Shown piece by piece: positions 13,603 through 28,012 of a DNA stretch of 64,000 nt (the first letter of the stretch is position 1; each line of letters opens with the position of its first letter). The stretch is from Catajapyx aquilonaris (lineage: Eukaryota). Where the stretch lies: positions 124,001 through 188,000 of the forward strand of contig KZ538019.1 in NCBI GenBank assembly GCA_000934665.2, read 5' to 3'. Under the pieces are notes generated by a model. It did no database searches. It was not told where the DNA came from and worked only from the letters and a program-made list of their open reading frames with translations. The position numbers were made by a program, and so were the translations under genes.

Positions 13603-16600
13603 ACATTGTAAATTGAATCATTTATGTGGCACAGCCGCACGTGTCAAATTAATTTTTGTACAGTATAATCCATTTTCCTCAATACAGTAGAGGGGACAGT
13701 TTGTTCTAGTCAACTTTTCGGCTTAGCAGTATTTGCAATATTTATCGCAAGGAACCTGTAATCAGCTTACACCCGCTTGCTGTAACTTCAGTATTTTTCA
13801 GCTTAAAGTAAGCTCGTTAAAACTGGAGAATTTAGTAGAAGAATTCTTAACGAGGGAGATTTTATACTGGTAATGAATATGACTTGAAGCGAATTTAGCA
13901 CTTAAGTCGGAGGGCTGCAAAATTTGTCCAGAAAAGAAGGTACATTTGCATCTCCTTGGAGTGCTGACGGTTTCCAGCTATTCTTGGAAGAGCGAATTCT
14001 CTACTTAATCATCTTGAATTGTTCCGCAGATTATTCTTGGGGATTCCGACCTCATTTTAACCCTAAGAAGTCTGGTTTACCTGCTGCGGCCCTTAAATTT
14101 GTAATGCGCATATTCAACGCGCCATATAATTTTGGCCTCTGGCAAATTTAATCATCTCGCTTTACTGGCGAGATTTTCATGTTTTTATCAAACAATAACT
14201 GCGTGGGAAAGGATCCGGGGTTTTTAGTTTCGGGTAAAGAGAAGTATAAAAAAAATGGAGCACCTCAGGAGATGAAGCCAAAGTTTGAGCGATGTGCAAC
14301 TTGTGGAGACATGAATTTTTGAGGACCATGATTTCTGTTGGGACGAATGGAATATGAAAGTTTTAGTGTTGAACGGGTGTTAAATGTCAAGAGTGGGAGC
14401 CCTATCGCCTTGGGCGTCCTTTATTTGGGGTGCTAACGTTTACCTCGCTCAAAAAGTTCAGAAAGCGTTTAAAGTCTAATGCGCAGCGAACATGGAAGCT
14501 TGAAATAGAAATTTTTCTGGTTAATTCTGAAGTCTTGTAAGTTAGAATCTGCATGTAGTATTATGGCAGAATCTGATTAGTTGCACAGCGATTATCCGGC
14601 TTACTTATATAGTCGATTAGGCGGAGGAGCCCAAAATAACGAATTCTGGATTTGGCAATGTATCCCCCAAATATTAGATATTTTGCATAAATTCGACTGT
14701 ATTTTTCAGCTATTTTTTCCATTGTGCCATAATGAGAATAAAGAACCTTTAGTATATTCGTCCGACTCAGTGTCAGTCTGACCACAATAATTTTGAACAG
14801 CTTGTAATTACAATATTAGTTCTTGCTAGTTTGGCACAGGAACCAGCTGCTATTGATATGTCGCATTTATTTCGGTAGATATCTGCATTCTGCGTTTGAT
14901 TAATTACGATCGTCCACGAATAATAATTTTAAACCCCCAAATTAATAATTAATTAAAATAAATTAATAATTATAAACGCGGAAAATGCCGGCGGTGATTA
15001 GTGTTACAGTTATGTTCATTTTGAACAGTATAATTTTAAGCGACAGTTTCTTTTTTTTTGCCGTGCTGTAGAGGTGTTGTTGTACTGTGTACAGTGTACA
15101 GTCCTCCAATTTATTGCGCATCAGTAGTGTCCTAGCTAGCATATAATCAGTCCTGCTACGTGTTTAAAGTGCCTCCGCTTTGACACTTTTGGGTCCGAAT
15201 AATATGAGTGTGAACACAAGAAAAATGGCCTCTGTGTGCTCTCTTTTCCCGTCGTCATTTTTCCCCTTCCATGACAGTCCTCCGACGTCATCGGATAGCG
15301 GTTTGTGTAGCGCCGGCGAGATTTAATGAACTAAAACTGCCACCGTTACAAGCCCCAGGTTAAGGTTCATAAATATTGCACGGGCGAGTTGGCAGAGGCC
15401 GAATTGAGAGAGTGGCTTTTTCCCCATCCCCTGTGGAACCTACCTGCCTACATCTTCAGGGCCCCCCACGCAGCGCAACATGGGAGACAATTTGCATGCT
15501 TGTTTTTGCACGGTTTCAGGGCACGAGGCCTTTCCTACATGCAGGGGAGATGGTTGGGACGATGGAAAAACCTGATGTTGCTGGGAGGCCTCCAAATTGG
15601 CTTGTATTTACATCGGTGATATATTGTAATGATATGGACATTTAGATTTTGCATTTCGGAAATAACGATGCACGCCTGTAAAAATTGCGTAAAAATGTAA
15701 GAACCACATTAAATTACCCAACCGGTGCGCGTATACTGTACCCACCAAATAATGCTGTCATGCACATTGCTTGTACAGGTAAACATAATTATTTTTGAAC
15801 GCAGCCCACTGTAGGTATCAGAAAAGCTGGAAAATAAAGTCTCAAACGAGCTGTTTGGTCGTAATCAGATTTAGGTTGCAATCAGCTAAATGGGAATATT
15901 TAATTCAGAGCCTGCGTCGACTGTGCTTAAAATGCGCAATTTCAGGTACATCACCGGTCCATATATCCTGTTATTACTGAGACATCCTGTAAAAATCGCG
16001 TAATTGTTTTTAAATGCCCACGGTAAAGTTCAAGTCCCTGGAGTCTCGCAATATAATGTCTTTTACGCCCCTGTACTGTAAGTTTCCAAAACACAAAGAG
16101 GTACAGTGCTGTACCTGATGGATGGAAAGTTAGTAAATCTGACCCATACTGGCAGTGAGTGCTATTTCTGACACGTGCTATCCGTTTAACCACAGATGTT
16201 TTAAAAAAATCCAGCAGAATCCACACAACACATAATTAGGCAGATACAATATTTATCTTTTGTAGGTCAACACAACGTCGATCGAACATTTTTTTTTTTG
16301 AAGCCGTGGAATCCGATTTTGTGTGCTTGTGTTGTACACGGCTTACCCCTTGGCATCTGTAACCTATATAGGCATGGTAATATACCTCTTACAAGTAGTC
16401 TATACTTATGAGCTTCTTGTATGTAGCAACCTGAAAAATCAGTGTAAAGTTCTAGAAAGTGGCACATGTTCAAGCTCATTGGCACTTTCAGCTCGTTAAA
16501 AACCCAGTGGGAAATACAGCTTCCCTACATATAACCCGAGCGATGATGATGATGGATTATCTTGTTTATAATGAAAATGAAAGCACTTTCCTTCCCTCTC

Positions 16601-19600
16601 CCCACTGCAATCAGTGAAGCATATACACACGATCCACCTGATGCATAATTACCATTTTTCTACTACGTAAAATGTCCCATATTTTTGAGAGAAGTAGAAA
16701 TATGAAGCTATACGTATATGAGTAGTGCACTCGCAGTAAAGGCTTCTCAGAACCAGCAGCAAGAGGACCTAAAAGCTCTTCATGCACCAGCATGAGAGAA
16801 GTGGAAATGAAAGCTTCACGTTTCTACACGTGCTATTGACAGAAAAACGCAGGAAGCAGAAACGAGTGCTCTTGTTTTGATAGAGAGTCAATATTAACAC
16901 GAAACCACTCTATACTTCACTTAATGCGTGTATCTCCTAGAGTATATTTTTTTCTGCCGAGATTTAGTTTACCCAACTGGCTAACAATAAGTTGTTGTGT
17001 CGACTACTTTGTGTTGGGATTTCTCTACATGACAGCTGTGAGTGGGCGAGCAAACCGTCATATCTATACACTGGACATGGAACTTGCATTTTTAACAGAC
17101 TTGATTTTAGCTACATCCCACTTAAAAAGGAATGACGCCGTTGACCTAAAATAGTGGCTTTTTTCTCAGATATTCCACATCTGTCGTGATACCTGTGCGG
17201 CAATTGACTATTGCAAATGCGTAGTGAAGTCAACTGGCCTTTTAAACAATTTGTCAAAAAAATATGTCGATCACATTGGTCGCCAGTAAGGGATTTATCC
17301 CGCGAAAGGTCTCTAATGTAACTAATCTGTAAAGTGCCTAGTTCAGCCGAGTCGAGTCGTGATGGTGCACGAGCAGACATGGATACCACCATGCTCTCAG
17401 TCCATTAAAAAAACATGTGTCCTCCGAGGGATCATCTCCGATTGACACCTGGGGGAATCCCCCTTAATCAAAATTAGTCTGCTGTGCTCTAGCCAGTCCC
17501 GATCGTCCCGATATACCGTGCATGGTTACAGGGCTTAGCAGGTATCGTCATCCGTCTACGTCAGGAGCAGATTTCCAATCTCGTCAATGTTAATTAATGG
17601 AGGGGCTTAATAGTTTTGAGTATTGGAACCTGTAGACTCCATCACCTGGTCTCACACACTAATGGTGTATCATACCAGCTTACATCGAGACTTTTTTTTA
17701 TTAAATCAAAGTACTGTATGCCCACATCCACGGTATGTTTACATGTAACTCTGTGCGTTTAATCTTCCCTCTAAGGACCCTGCGAAGCATCATCTCTCCA
17801 AAAAACCTCCAAGTACTTCTCCCCCAACCAAACGTAAATCCGGACGACAGGGTTTCACGTTCAGGTAGTGGAATTCGGAGCATTTGGATTAAGCCTTTTG
17901 AATAGTCGGGACTGCTCCATGGATCCCAATGGAGGTTGATTTCAAATCTCGTGTGCCAGACACACACAGCACATGACTCGACGATAATAATTCCCGGGAA
18001 CACCCCCCCCCCCCCCCCCCCCCCNCCCTGCAGTCCTCAACCGCACGCAGCTATACATCGTTTGATCTCTTCTGCTGGTGTGGACCATACCACCCTGGGT
18101 ACATATTCATGTTGTGTAAATTCTTCCAGCCATGTCTCCCGACGGATTAAAACCCTCGCTTAACATTCTGGGTGCGACGCCTTTTCCAACGGGAGAACTT
18201 CTTGTCGTACTAATTAGGCTTTCCTTCTGAGAGCAGATGTGAAATAGAGTGTTCTCGCGAATAAATTTTGCTCCGGCTTACAAGAGTTGATAAGCTAGGC
18301 TCATATATTTTTTTAAATAAAAAAATGTAATGATAAAATTGGAACCGTTATTCTGCCCGGAGGACGGAGACACACTGCAAATGGAAGCTTTAGAAACCTG
18401 CAGTACTGGCGTGGATTCAACAAGGGCACATTCTATCTAGACGATCTCAAGAGAGGAGCCAAGAAGTAGAAAGAGAAATGGAAAGTTTCTTTTTTATAGT
18501 CGCAGACGATTGAAGGAAATAGAAAATTCGAGTTGACTCTGGCGAGTTTGAATAGGAAACGCCAAACGCTATAAGTCTCAACATCCGAGGAAATGTGTTG
18601 AAATGATGACACCTATTCCAGAGAGAGCGACACGCGCCAACTTTTTTCCACCATATTGTGAAGGGACAAAAATGGCATAAAAATGAAATTCTCGCAGCTT
18701 ATTCCTTTCGAAATAGGGAAATGGTGCAAGCTCCAATTTTTTTCAGCAAAAAAAGCACAGAGAGCGCATTTCATTCGTTTCCATGCACCATCACGTGTAT
18801 TGAAACGTACAGTGTCACAATTGAGCTATGAAATTAGTATATTTTTACGCCACTCATTTTCAACATGCATCATTGAACAGCTATTTTCTTAGTGTCAAAC
18901 AATCGTCATTATACAGCAGACACTTCAATAGGAACACACTGCGCAGGCAGTGATAGTGTTGGGCTTATTTGAATAATCCAGCTGGTGTTGGACGGGCATT
19001 CTGGGCATATGCCATGACCATTTACGACTCACGATCGCATGATAAACTTTAACGAGGTTGAATGTAAGCAACATGTTGCAAATTGACCCATATATTTAAG
19101 CCGATGTGGGGCTCGAAAACACAGTTTGTGAATACACCTTAACGCAATTGTTCTTATGGCGACGACCTTAATAGAGCAACAATATCCCGATTGTAACAGT
19201 GCTAAAAGAGAGACAGAGAGGCCATAATGATGGTCCTTTCTCCCCACCTTCAAAGTCCTTCATGAGTGAGAGGAGAAGTGGCTTCCATTGATCTTTTCCA
19301 AGCTCAAAAGCGTGAAATAGAAGTGGGGGTTGGATGCAGCGTATATATAGGGAGGGCTTGCTGCTGCCTTCATTGCGGTATAAGTAAGTTTCTCTTTCAC
19401 AGTCATCGCGGCGGACTCCCAGGGTATATCACAAGTCGCAGGTGTCTGGGCTCACAGGGATTTCTGGCGCCAACAACGGGCTTTCCACCTAGAACTGTGG
19501 GACAAAATCGCTTCCGACGGAAATGTTGCACGTTCAATTAGGTGTACGCCTCAATCCAGCTTTCAAATGTCACATGTCACTATAGATGTCGTTGGGTTGA

Positions 19601-20978
19601 TATGGCAACGCGGCAGGTTATCTATAACGCAGTTATACGAGTCCGCATTGATTTTTTCCGATCTAAATGGACAGTCCGGTAGGCCATGTCCACTGGACGA
19701 AACTTTCTGGCATAAAAGTTGATTTTCAGACATTTCGACAGGACCACATGGAGCTAGTCGATTCCCCAAATGAGACACCAGTTTATATACACAAACCACA
19801 GTAGTAACACACAAGACTTACGCGATTTTAAAATTGCGCCCGTAGTTTGGGTCAGATTGGACCCTGTACCAAGGAGGCCTGAAGGGTAAATCGCTCACGT
19901 CCTGGCCAATCAAGCGTCTCTGCTGACGTCCGAGTGTAATGAGGTTTGCAGGCCCGCGCAGGTATCCGCTACTTTTTCTCCAACCATTAGCAAGATTGGA
20001 TCAACTCAAAGGGCAGTGAGGTGTGCACTTACGTACAAATCGCGACATTTGCACAGCCTCCCTGCAGCAGGTGGGGGCCATATACATCTGAATAATCTGG
20101 ACGCAACAAGTGTGATAAGTCCCTCAACAGTGATGGACAGAATGGCGGGCAGCCTTTTAGGATTTGTGTACCTAAGTTGAAGTGCAGTTTAATTAGAGCT
20201 AAGCCTTAGTAGGAAGAACACTGGCATGTTCCCATGCTCCGGAGACTTGTAGGTGTGTAGGGGCGACAGGTGGTAAAGTGTGCCGGGTACGGAGCAGAAA
20301 ACGCGCGCATTACAAGAACAATCCAATTATGTCGCTATGTGAAGCATCCTCCTGTGCTGGCAGGGGTCGCCATTAGCGGTTTTGCACAGAGCAACTATCC
20401 TGGTTAGTAGCTGCTAAGGGCGTAAAATGCGGCTCTCTCCAGCGTATATACTTCATCAGGACCCGTAGGACATTACCTGTAGACTGTATATAGGCTACCA
20501 TATTTAGGTCTATACTTTCCCTGTGCATGCGATCGACATTTTCTTAAGTAGGCCTACTGTAGCATATAATTAACAGGATGCGCAGCGTTTCAAGGCAAAT
20601 GCCAGGTTTTAGTTAGCCATTTGTCACTCTAAACTGCGTATACGTTGAATGGGTTACTTTGAAACAGTTCGATTTAAATTCTTTCAAAGGAATATTTTAA
20701 TATCAAGTATTTTGGCCCTGTTTCTTTTAACCACAACAACAACAACACCATCACGACATTTCCCCATAAGGGGTATAGCCAGCAATGAAGGGAGACGCAA
20801 GTTAACCCCAACTAAATTAAAACTTGTCAAAATAAAACTATAAATTACCCGTCCCACCCCCTCCCAGTGTACGTGCATCCTCCTCCATTACTTTTAACGA
20901 CAAATAAAAAACAATTGTCATTATTAGGGTGTTTCTCTATATGAAGTAGTCATGAAGCGATATTATACCCGAGACTAA

Positions 20979-21154
20979 AGCCCCGTTTACAGTACATGTG
21001 AGAGATTTGACGAGCGAAGTCATCGCCGACGCCGAGTGACGTAACCAATATTGTTTGAGGTGAAAGTAACAATCTATTTTCGTCTCAAACAATACTGGTT
21101 ACTCCAGCATTGTCATCGCGCGATCAAATCTCTCACAGTCATGTTAACGCACCT
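20979..21154. mobile_element. Palindromic MITE, PIF/Harbinger-like
   Basis: Inverted pairs GTGAGAGATTTGA/TCAAATCTCTCAC and GTAACCAATATTGTTTGAG/CTCAAACAATACTGGTTAC. Termini GCCCCGTTTACA/TGTTAACGCACC, with TAA on the left. Confidence 0.7.
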
Positions 21155-24100
21155 TCAGTTATAATATAACTTAGGTTTAAAAATACACACATACTACATG
21201 TATATATAGGTACTGTACATTATAAGTGAAACAAATTTTGTGAAATTCCAAACAACCATAATGTGCACAGTACTAGACTATCATCAGATATGTGCATGTA
21301 TACCATGGCTCAACATGTCGCTGTGGCGCTGGACATGATCACAATAAATGGGTTCAACAACTGCAGTGTGATTCCAATTGTTACAGTTGAGCCATTTTAA
21401 ATCGGAAATTTACTGCCATTCAGAGCGTGAATGAATGATTTATAATTTGGTAATATTGGCAGCTAATATACGTTTTGATAATTGTTACAAAATAACTGCT
21501 TCAAAATTTTTGATACACTGTATGATGATCGATGCTCTGGATCATATCGATTTTCGATGCCAAATTGGGTATCGAACAGCCTTATTGTGACCGCATGAAG
21601 GAGCCGATCTGCTCACGGATGGAGGCAAATCTCCTTCATTAGGGCCGGAATGCAATCCGGGGCGTCAACTCGGCGGGCAAAGAGATCCGCCGGGGCGTAT
21701 ATTTTTGGCACCAGAAAACGATTCGGATAAGCCTTTTTTGAAGGGGACGAAGCTGATTTTTGTCAATGGCCCATCCCGACTATACATTTCAAATATTATT
21801 TTATTTTTATTCCTCCGCCCTTATACCTCTTCCAGCAGCAGGATTCGTCGCGATTTCGTTATTCATAGGGCGTATTTCATGTTTCAATAACCCACTGGAA
21901 GTGACCTGACAGTGGGAGTGGTGTGGGGAATATCGAAATGGGATCAGGAGTGGGATCAGGGAGAGTTTATTCCAGGGGTCTGCCAGGAGAAATGCGTTTT
22001 TCATGAGGCAGGTGAGACTAGCGCTCTGCATCAACGTCAGACACTCGGCTACTATAGAAAGCCTCCTATAAATAGCCATCTGTCAACGTCCAATCTAATT
22101 GAAACTCTCCGTATTGGGGGAAAGAACTCGTGACTAAAGGCACTCATTGTCAGGCGGTCCAAAATTGAAAATCAATTTCCAAGCGGGGTTTTAAAGTTTT
22201 CAAAAACATTATGGAGCACTGTGAAACCGAACCGCTTGTTAGTCACGATCTGTTTTGACATTACGTCAACAGAGTTGGTTTGAACGGACCTGACTTTCAC
22301 CCGTCTTTTGTTGGGCACGTGGCTAGAACCGACAGCCCGGGAGAGTATTTACAGTCACCTTCAATGCAATTAAGCCTGTACAGTGCAACAGAGGCTATAG
22401 CCAGAAATTCAAATTAGTTCAGACGTAATGAAACTGGAGGTAATCTCTTCTTGCATTAAGATCGCCACACTGTCCATTAGACCAAAACATGTTCTGGACT
22501 TATTTCAACAGTGTGCGGCCTGTATTTTGGCAGGCCTTGCCCTTCTTTTTTCCTGGCCAAGTATATAGCGCCAATAGAAAGCCACTCAATGGAAACATCT
22601 CCAGGAATGCTCCGACACACCAACACAATAAACCTGAAGCCCCGACGTGTCCAATTGGTTAAGAGTCTGAACCGGTTGGGCCAAAAAGGGCTGTATAAAA
22701 GACAAAGTATGGAATCCTGAGACGAGGGCTCTGGCAAGTAAGGCTTTGCCATGTCTGTCTCAGGCTAAAAAAAGATAGGGATCCGAAACCCCACGTTTGT
22801 TCTTGTTAGAAAAAAAGGAAGAAAAGGAAAGGGTGGAAAAAAGGCGAGTCTCTAGGGCAAATGATAGTCGGGCGGGATCCAATTGCAGGCTGCTGATGAC
22901 CCAACTTGGGCCAGTTGCGACTTGAACAATCCGAGAACCTGTCTATAGGATACTGTTACAGGGCGCCACATGCTTGTCTGGTTCGGGTGACATTTGACAC
23001 CTATGAACCAGAATTATTTGGCATTAAAAATATTTTAGATATGCTCCATCGCCGGTAATGAAATTTTTCTAAAGAGGCCTGTTGCTGTATATAGACTCCG
23101 GGATAACAATTCCAAGCAATTTGTATAAAAATGTTTTACAAGCCCCATGCCTCACATTGTGCAAATGACCTAACAGAAGTGGCCATTGGAGCCAGTGATG
23201 ATGTTACAACTTCATTAGGGGCAATTTAGCGGAAGCAAAACGCTGGTCCAATGAGGAGATGATGGTATATTTGCCCAACTTGGTTACCGAAAACACTCGC
23301 TGAATTCCAATTACTCCCACTGTAATTAAAATTAAACTTATACCGCGTAAAAGTTCATTGTGGCTTTATTGCAGTCATCACAAACATGCAGAGCACATGT
23401 GATGTAAATGAGATCGATCGGGTAAGAATTGCTTTCAAGCCTTACACATGATATCAGTTCCATTGTCTCCATAAGTAACTGGAGACCCTTTTTTCGTCCA
23501 ATTAAGTCCTCAAAATTCCTTTAATTAATTAAAAAGTGTATAAGGCAGCAGCTATGAAGCTATAATTTGTTCTTGTTAATCAGAACTCGGGAGGAAGAAT
23601 TCCGCTTTGAAATTTAATCTAGTTGGATCCGGAATTTCCTGAGCGAAATCATGTTCGCTTGTTGGTTGCATAATTGGAGCAAATTAAGCCCAGGTGAGTT
23701 TTTCGAGAAAGTGAAATGTTATTTGCCTCCAAATTGAGGTAACAATGAAGCCGAGTAATGATTATTTTCCCACTGACCCACTGCAAAATTGGATCGATAT
23801 ACGCTGCTTTTTACAACAATATAACATTGCTATTCAATCCTATGGGCAGGACCTTGATTTATAAGATTGGAAAATGAATTGCTCATAAAATTAAACGTAT
23901 ACAGTAACATCTAAATCACTGACTTGTGAGAATAATAGCCTATTGCTTATACAAGTAAGCTGATCAACCAGTCGTTTGCACAGCAGAGCACTTAGTGATT
24001 GCATGTGTTGTACAGTACAGTACTGCGAGGTATTTACGTAGTTCTATGTAATGACTGCATATTGGACTGAAATTGCACAATTTATATTGCCTTCTGGTGA

Positions 24101-27100
24101 AGCCAATAGTGAATTAGGCATACTGCTGTGCATAGTAAAATAGGCGTAGATTCTTTTGTTTTCCCATTCGCCTGGAGGTGTAGAGTGTATATGGTAGCAT
24201 CAAGTGTCATTAGAGCCACATATTTGATTCCTCTCTGTGCTGTTGTTGCACGATCGGTAGAAAAGCAAAATGAAGCGCTTCTATATTGGTGTTTTCTTAA
24301 ACGAAACGTAAAGCGAGCACCTCATTTTTGTGGTGCGAAGTAGATTTTTGTACAAAACTGTTGAAATTCAGACAGGTTTTAGAGTATTTAAGACACATTT
24401 TCCAATTTTACGTCGTATACTCAAACCCCACATAAACACAGTTAATTACCACACCACCTACTTTAGAGAGAGGAGTATAATCTTAAGCTGGGAGCTGCTT
24501 ACGAATATTGAAGAAACTCTGCAGTGTGCAGTACCTCGGGCCTTAGCAGGATACTTCAAGATTATAATAGAGAAGGTGTCATGCGGTAATAAGCCAAGTA
24601 AGATTTTTGCCTAAGTTAAACTTTGTTAAAACTAAATCCGATGAATAACTTTCTAGCTATATAGACCTACCCAACAAGTCTGGCTAGTTCCTAATTAATT
24701 CGATTCTCTTAATATATTAATGGTAGCTTTAAACAACCTGCAATGTTAGTACGCTTCGCATGAAATGCGATGTGCTTTAAAAAATTGAATCAGCGAAATT
24801 GTATTAAAGCAGTCAGGTAATTACAGTCATTAATAGTTGCGTTATAGTTCAGCTTTCTCTTTCCTCCGAACTTCACAAATTGTCTACCTTAGGCCAACAC
24901 CATGTATTGTTCTGCATGAACTGTACGCCCTGTTCACTGTGTGCCTGCTGGGAAAGGCCAGAATATCACTGCACATCGGTATACATCAAGGTGTTCCGTA
25001 ATCATTACAACAACATTGTAGGGTTTACCCCCAGGCAAAATAGGATGCAAATCTCAAGACTGAAACACACAGACCCATTCTGATTGGGACCGTACAGTAA
25101 CATGCCTTAAAATAGAACAACAAGCTGGTTTGGTGACCACTTCCCTTGTAATGAGAGTGCAAGCCATGCCGCCGTGTCCCACAATTAAAACGGGATCAGG
25201 CCAGGTCTAGTGGACAGCGTGGGCGATCTCCTTGAGCTGGCACGGCCATCAACAACCCAGGCCCGTAATTATCTCACTTCAAGTCCCCTCACCGGGTAGT
25301 TGAGGACCAGGCCCAGCAAAGCAGCTCGAGAGGAGCCGGGCCCTGCTTGGATAAATGCAAAGTCAAGTGACTTAACAGTGGTAAATCCGGCCAGGCCAAG
25401 TGCGGGTAATCAAGGCTAATCGATCCAAGGCCTTGAGGCCGGCAGCCTGTGGTCCTCCCCAAACTACCGCTTTGTGGTTTCAAACTATTGGCCAGATGAG
25501 ACTTAAGGGCTGGGTAGTGATAGTAGTGCTATATGGCTCCCTCGAAATGTTTGCCACATGCTACGGCTATAACTGCCGCTGGTGCATAATACTAGCTTGC
25601 TCTAAAGCCGCCATTTCCAGCCGTAATTGGATCTTAGGTCGGAGGTTACGACAGAGCTTAGCCCACGTTACGTGTGTCCTTTCTGTGGTTTCATTTTGGG
25701 GGCTGGTAATGGGGAAAAATTACGGTTACTGCCATGCTACTCGTGTTAGGTCAATATACTGCTATGGCTCTTCTCTAGACGATTTTTGCGACAGATATTT
25801 CGCTCTCGGGGATTTACCTCCGACCTGATGGCATGGATGAAGTGGTTGTTCCAGCGCAAATTAGTGGGAGTCGTGCGCCGTTGGAGAGAGTGCCGCCATT
25901 TTTAGTCCGTCAAGGTTACTTAGAAGAGGCGGCCCTATGTAGGAACAGCCAAGTAATGATTCAGCCAGGGGTCAACGCAATAGAGATTGCTTGCTGAGAC
26001 AGAAGCGTGTTATTTTTAACTTAATATGCGGTGATTTTTAAAAATCTAACATGCAAAAAATCAGCACAGTTATTTTTTCCTCATGCTGAACATACGCTAG
26101 AATATGACTGATGCCAGTTTGGTTTTTTCTGTAACAGTTTTATCGAAACAATGTGAGGGCTACGTCTGTCCAAATTACTTCAAAGAAACTGCGCAGAAAA
26201 CTTGCCTCACAGAATTCTACGCTATTTTTAGAGCCAAATGCTCGCATTTTCGTATAAGTAACTTTTAGGGGACAAGTCGCATCGAATTTTTCCTGAGCCA
26301 TTTGCCAACCCATTTGCAGGCGTACCAACATTTCTGTTTTTTCATAACACCTGTTCCATAAGGCCGGGAACAAAAACACCAGGAACTGAACACTCTTCCT
26401 TGAGATGAATTTTATGCGGACTGCTCTCTTTATTCGTTTACGGTTGAAAACACTTTTCAGCGGACGATCTCCGTGAATGAAATGCGACACTTTGCAAAGA
26501 AAGTTTCTGGGTCGCGTTTTGTATTCAAACGGCAAATGGTTTGTATTCTCAACAGTTGCCTTTCGAAAGGTAACGTTACATGCACATATTTGAAGTACTC
26601 CAATTTCGAAGTTGAATAGCTTTTAGAAAATGAGAGCAGGTTAGCGGTCGTGTCAATTCTCGCATGCATTTGAATCGATACAACAAAATAGCCTGCAACA
26701 TGGATTGGGTTATTATGCTATTTCCGTGATGGTGACCCCCAGGCCTCTTTGATTATTTGCCATGTCACTGGTAACGCTCTCAGGCACACTCCATATGTTT
26801 GTGCACCAGCAGAACCGGATATATTGCCAATTAGCGCAGAAAGTTTTCGCACTCTGATAAAAAATATTCAGACAACAACTTTTGAAAGAACAATAGACAC
26901 GTGCAGACTACTATTACGTTATTTCATTCTCACTTCAGTGCGCTTTTGACACACAGAGCTACAGTAACTGAACTTCCAATTTTGTTGCGAACTCGCAAAC
27001 TCATTTGTTTCCTAATCCAATTACCCTTTCCGGGAGGAAATGTCGAAGCATTACCTCCTGAGGTGAGAGTGCAAGTTAGTCGCAGGTGAAAAGTTGGGGG

Positions 27101-27950
27101 AGGTAAAACGGAGAATCTTCAAGCAAGCCTAGGCTTCTCATTAAGTTCATCTCCGGGCTGAATGAGCCTAATTGCACATAAGTTAATTGGAGGAATAATG
27201 ATATCAAGTGGCGTATTTTCAGACTCAGCAACACCAATTGTGCAGCAAAACTCTGAATAAACCAGCAACGAATTGCAAAATAAGCAGATATTAGCTAAGA
27301 AAAGTATTAGCTGCAAAATACTAGGTCGAGTTCAGGCTGGACTGATGAATAAGCTATATATGAATAAGCGATGTCATCTGCTGGGCCTTCTGGTCTGGGT
27401 GCATTAACGCTCATTAGGCATTCCGTGTACCAGGTCACCCTGCAGCCCAACCAGATGCAGTTGCTTAGCATCGTAATCGTGCGAGCAAACGTTAGCGATT
27501 GGCAATATCGCTCCGTTTGGTTTGGGTGGGTTGGGTGGGTGGGAAGGGAAAAGGAGTTGTCCGGGAAACAAATGGCCGGAGCTGGAATTCACGCCGTCGA
27601 GCGACTTCCGACGGCGCGGGGCATAATTAATTTCGACCCCGATAATTGCGAATCTAGCTGCTGCTGGGATTGCTGGGATCCTTGCTTGGTTGGCCATCAG
27701 GTGGAAAGTTGGCCATTAGGCCCACCCAAATTAAAGCTGCGGAGATCGAGGAGAAGGACAGTGCCTTCTGACGTCGTCGTTTGTTTCACACAGGCAATTT
27801 GCTGGGGATTGCAAACGTATACATACAGCAAAACTTGGGACAACACGTTTGAGATGATACTTTAATTGACATGGCAACCTGCCGCCATGGGAACCAACCA
27901 TGGACTAACAAACAAACATTGCCTTTTATTAATTATTACGGGTGAGGTCT

Positions 27951-28012
27951 TTCCCAAATGTGTTTATTCCAAGTGCGTTTATTCCGGGTGTGCTTATTCC
28001 CAGATGTGCTTA
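27951..28012. repeat. Short degenerate tandem repeat (~15-16 bp, TGYGYTTATTCC core)
   Basis: Three full units and one partial unit. Confidence 0.7.
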
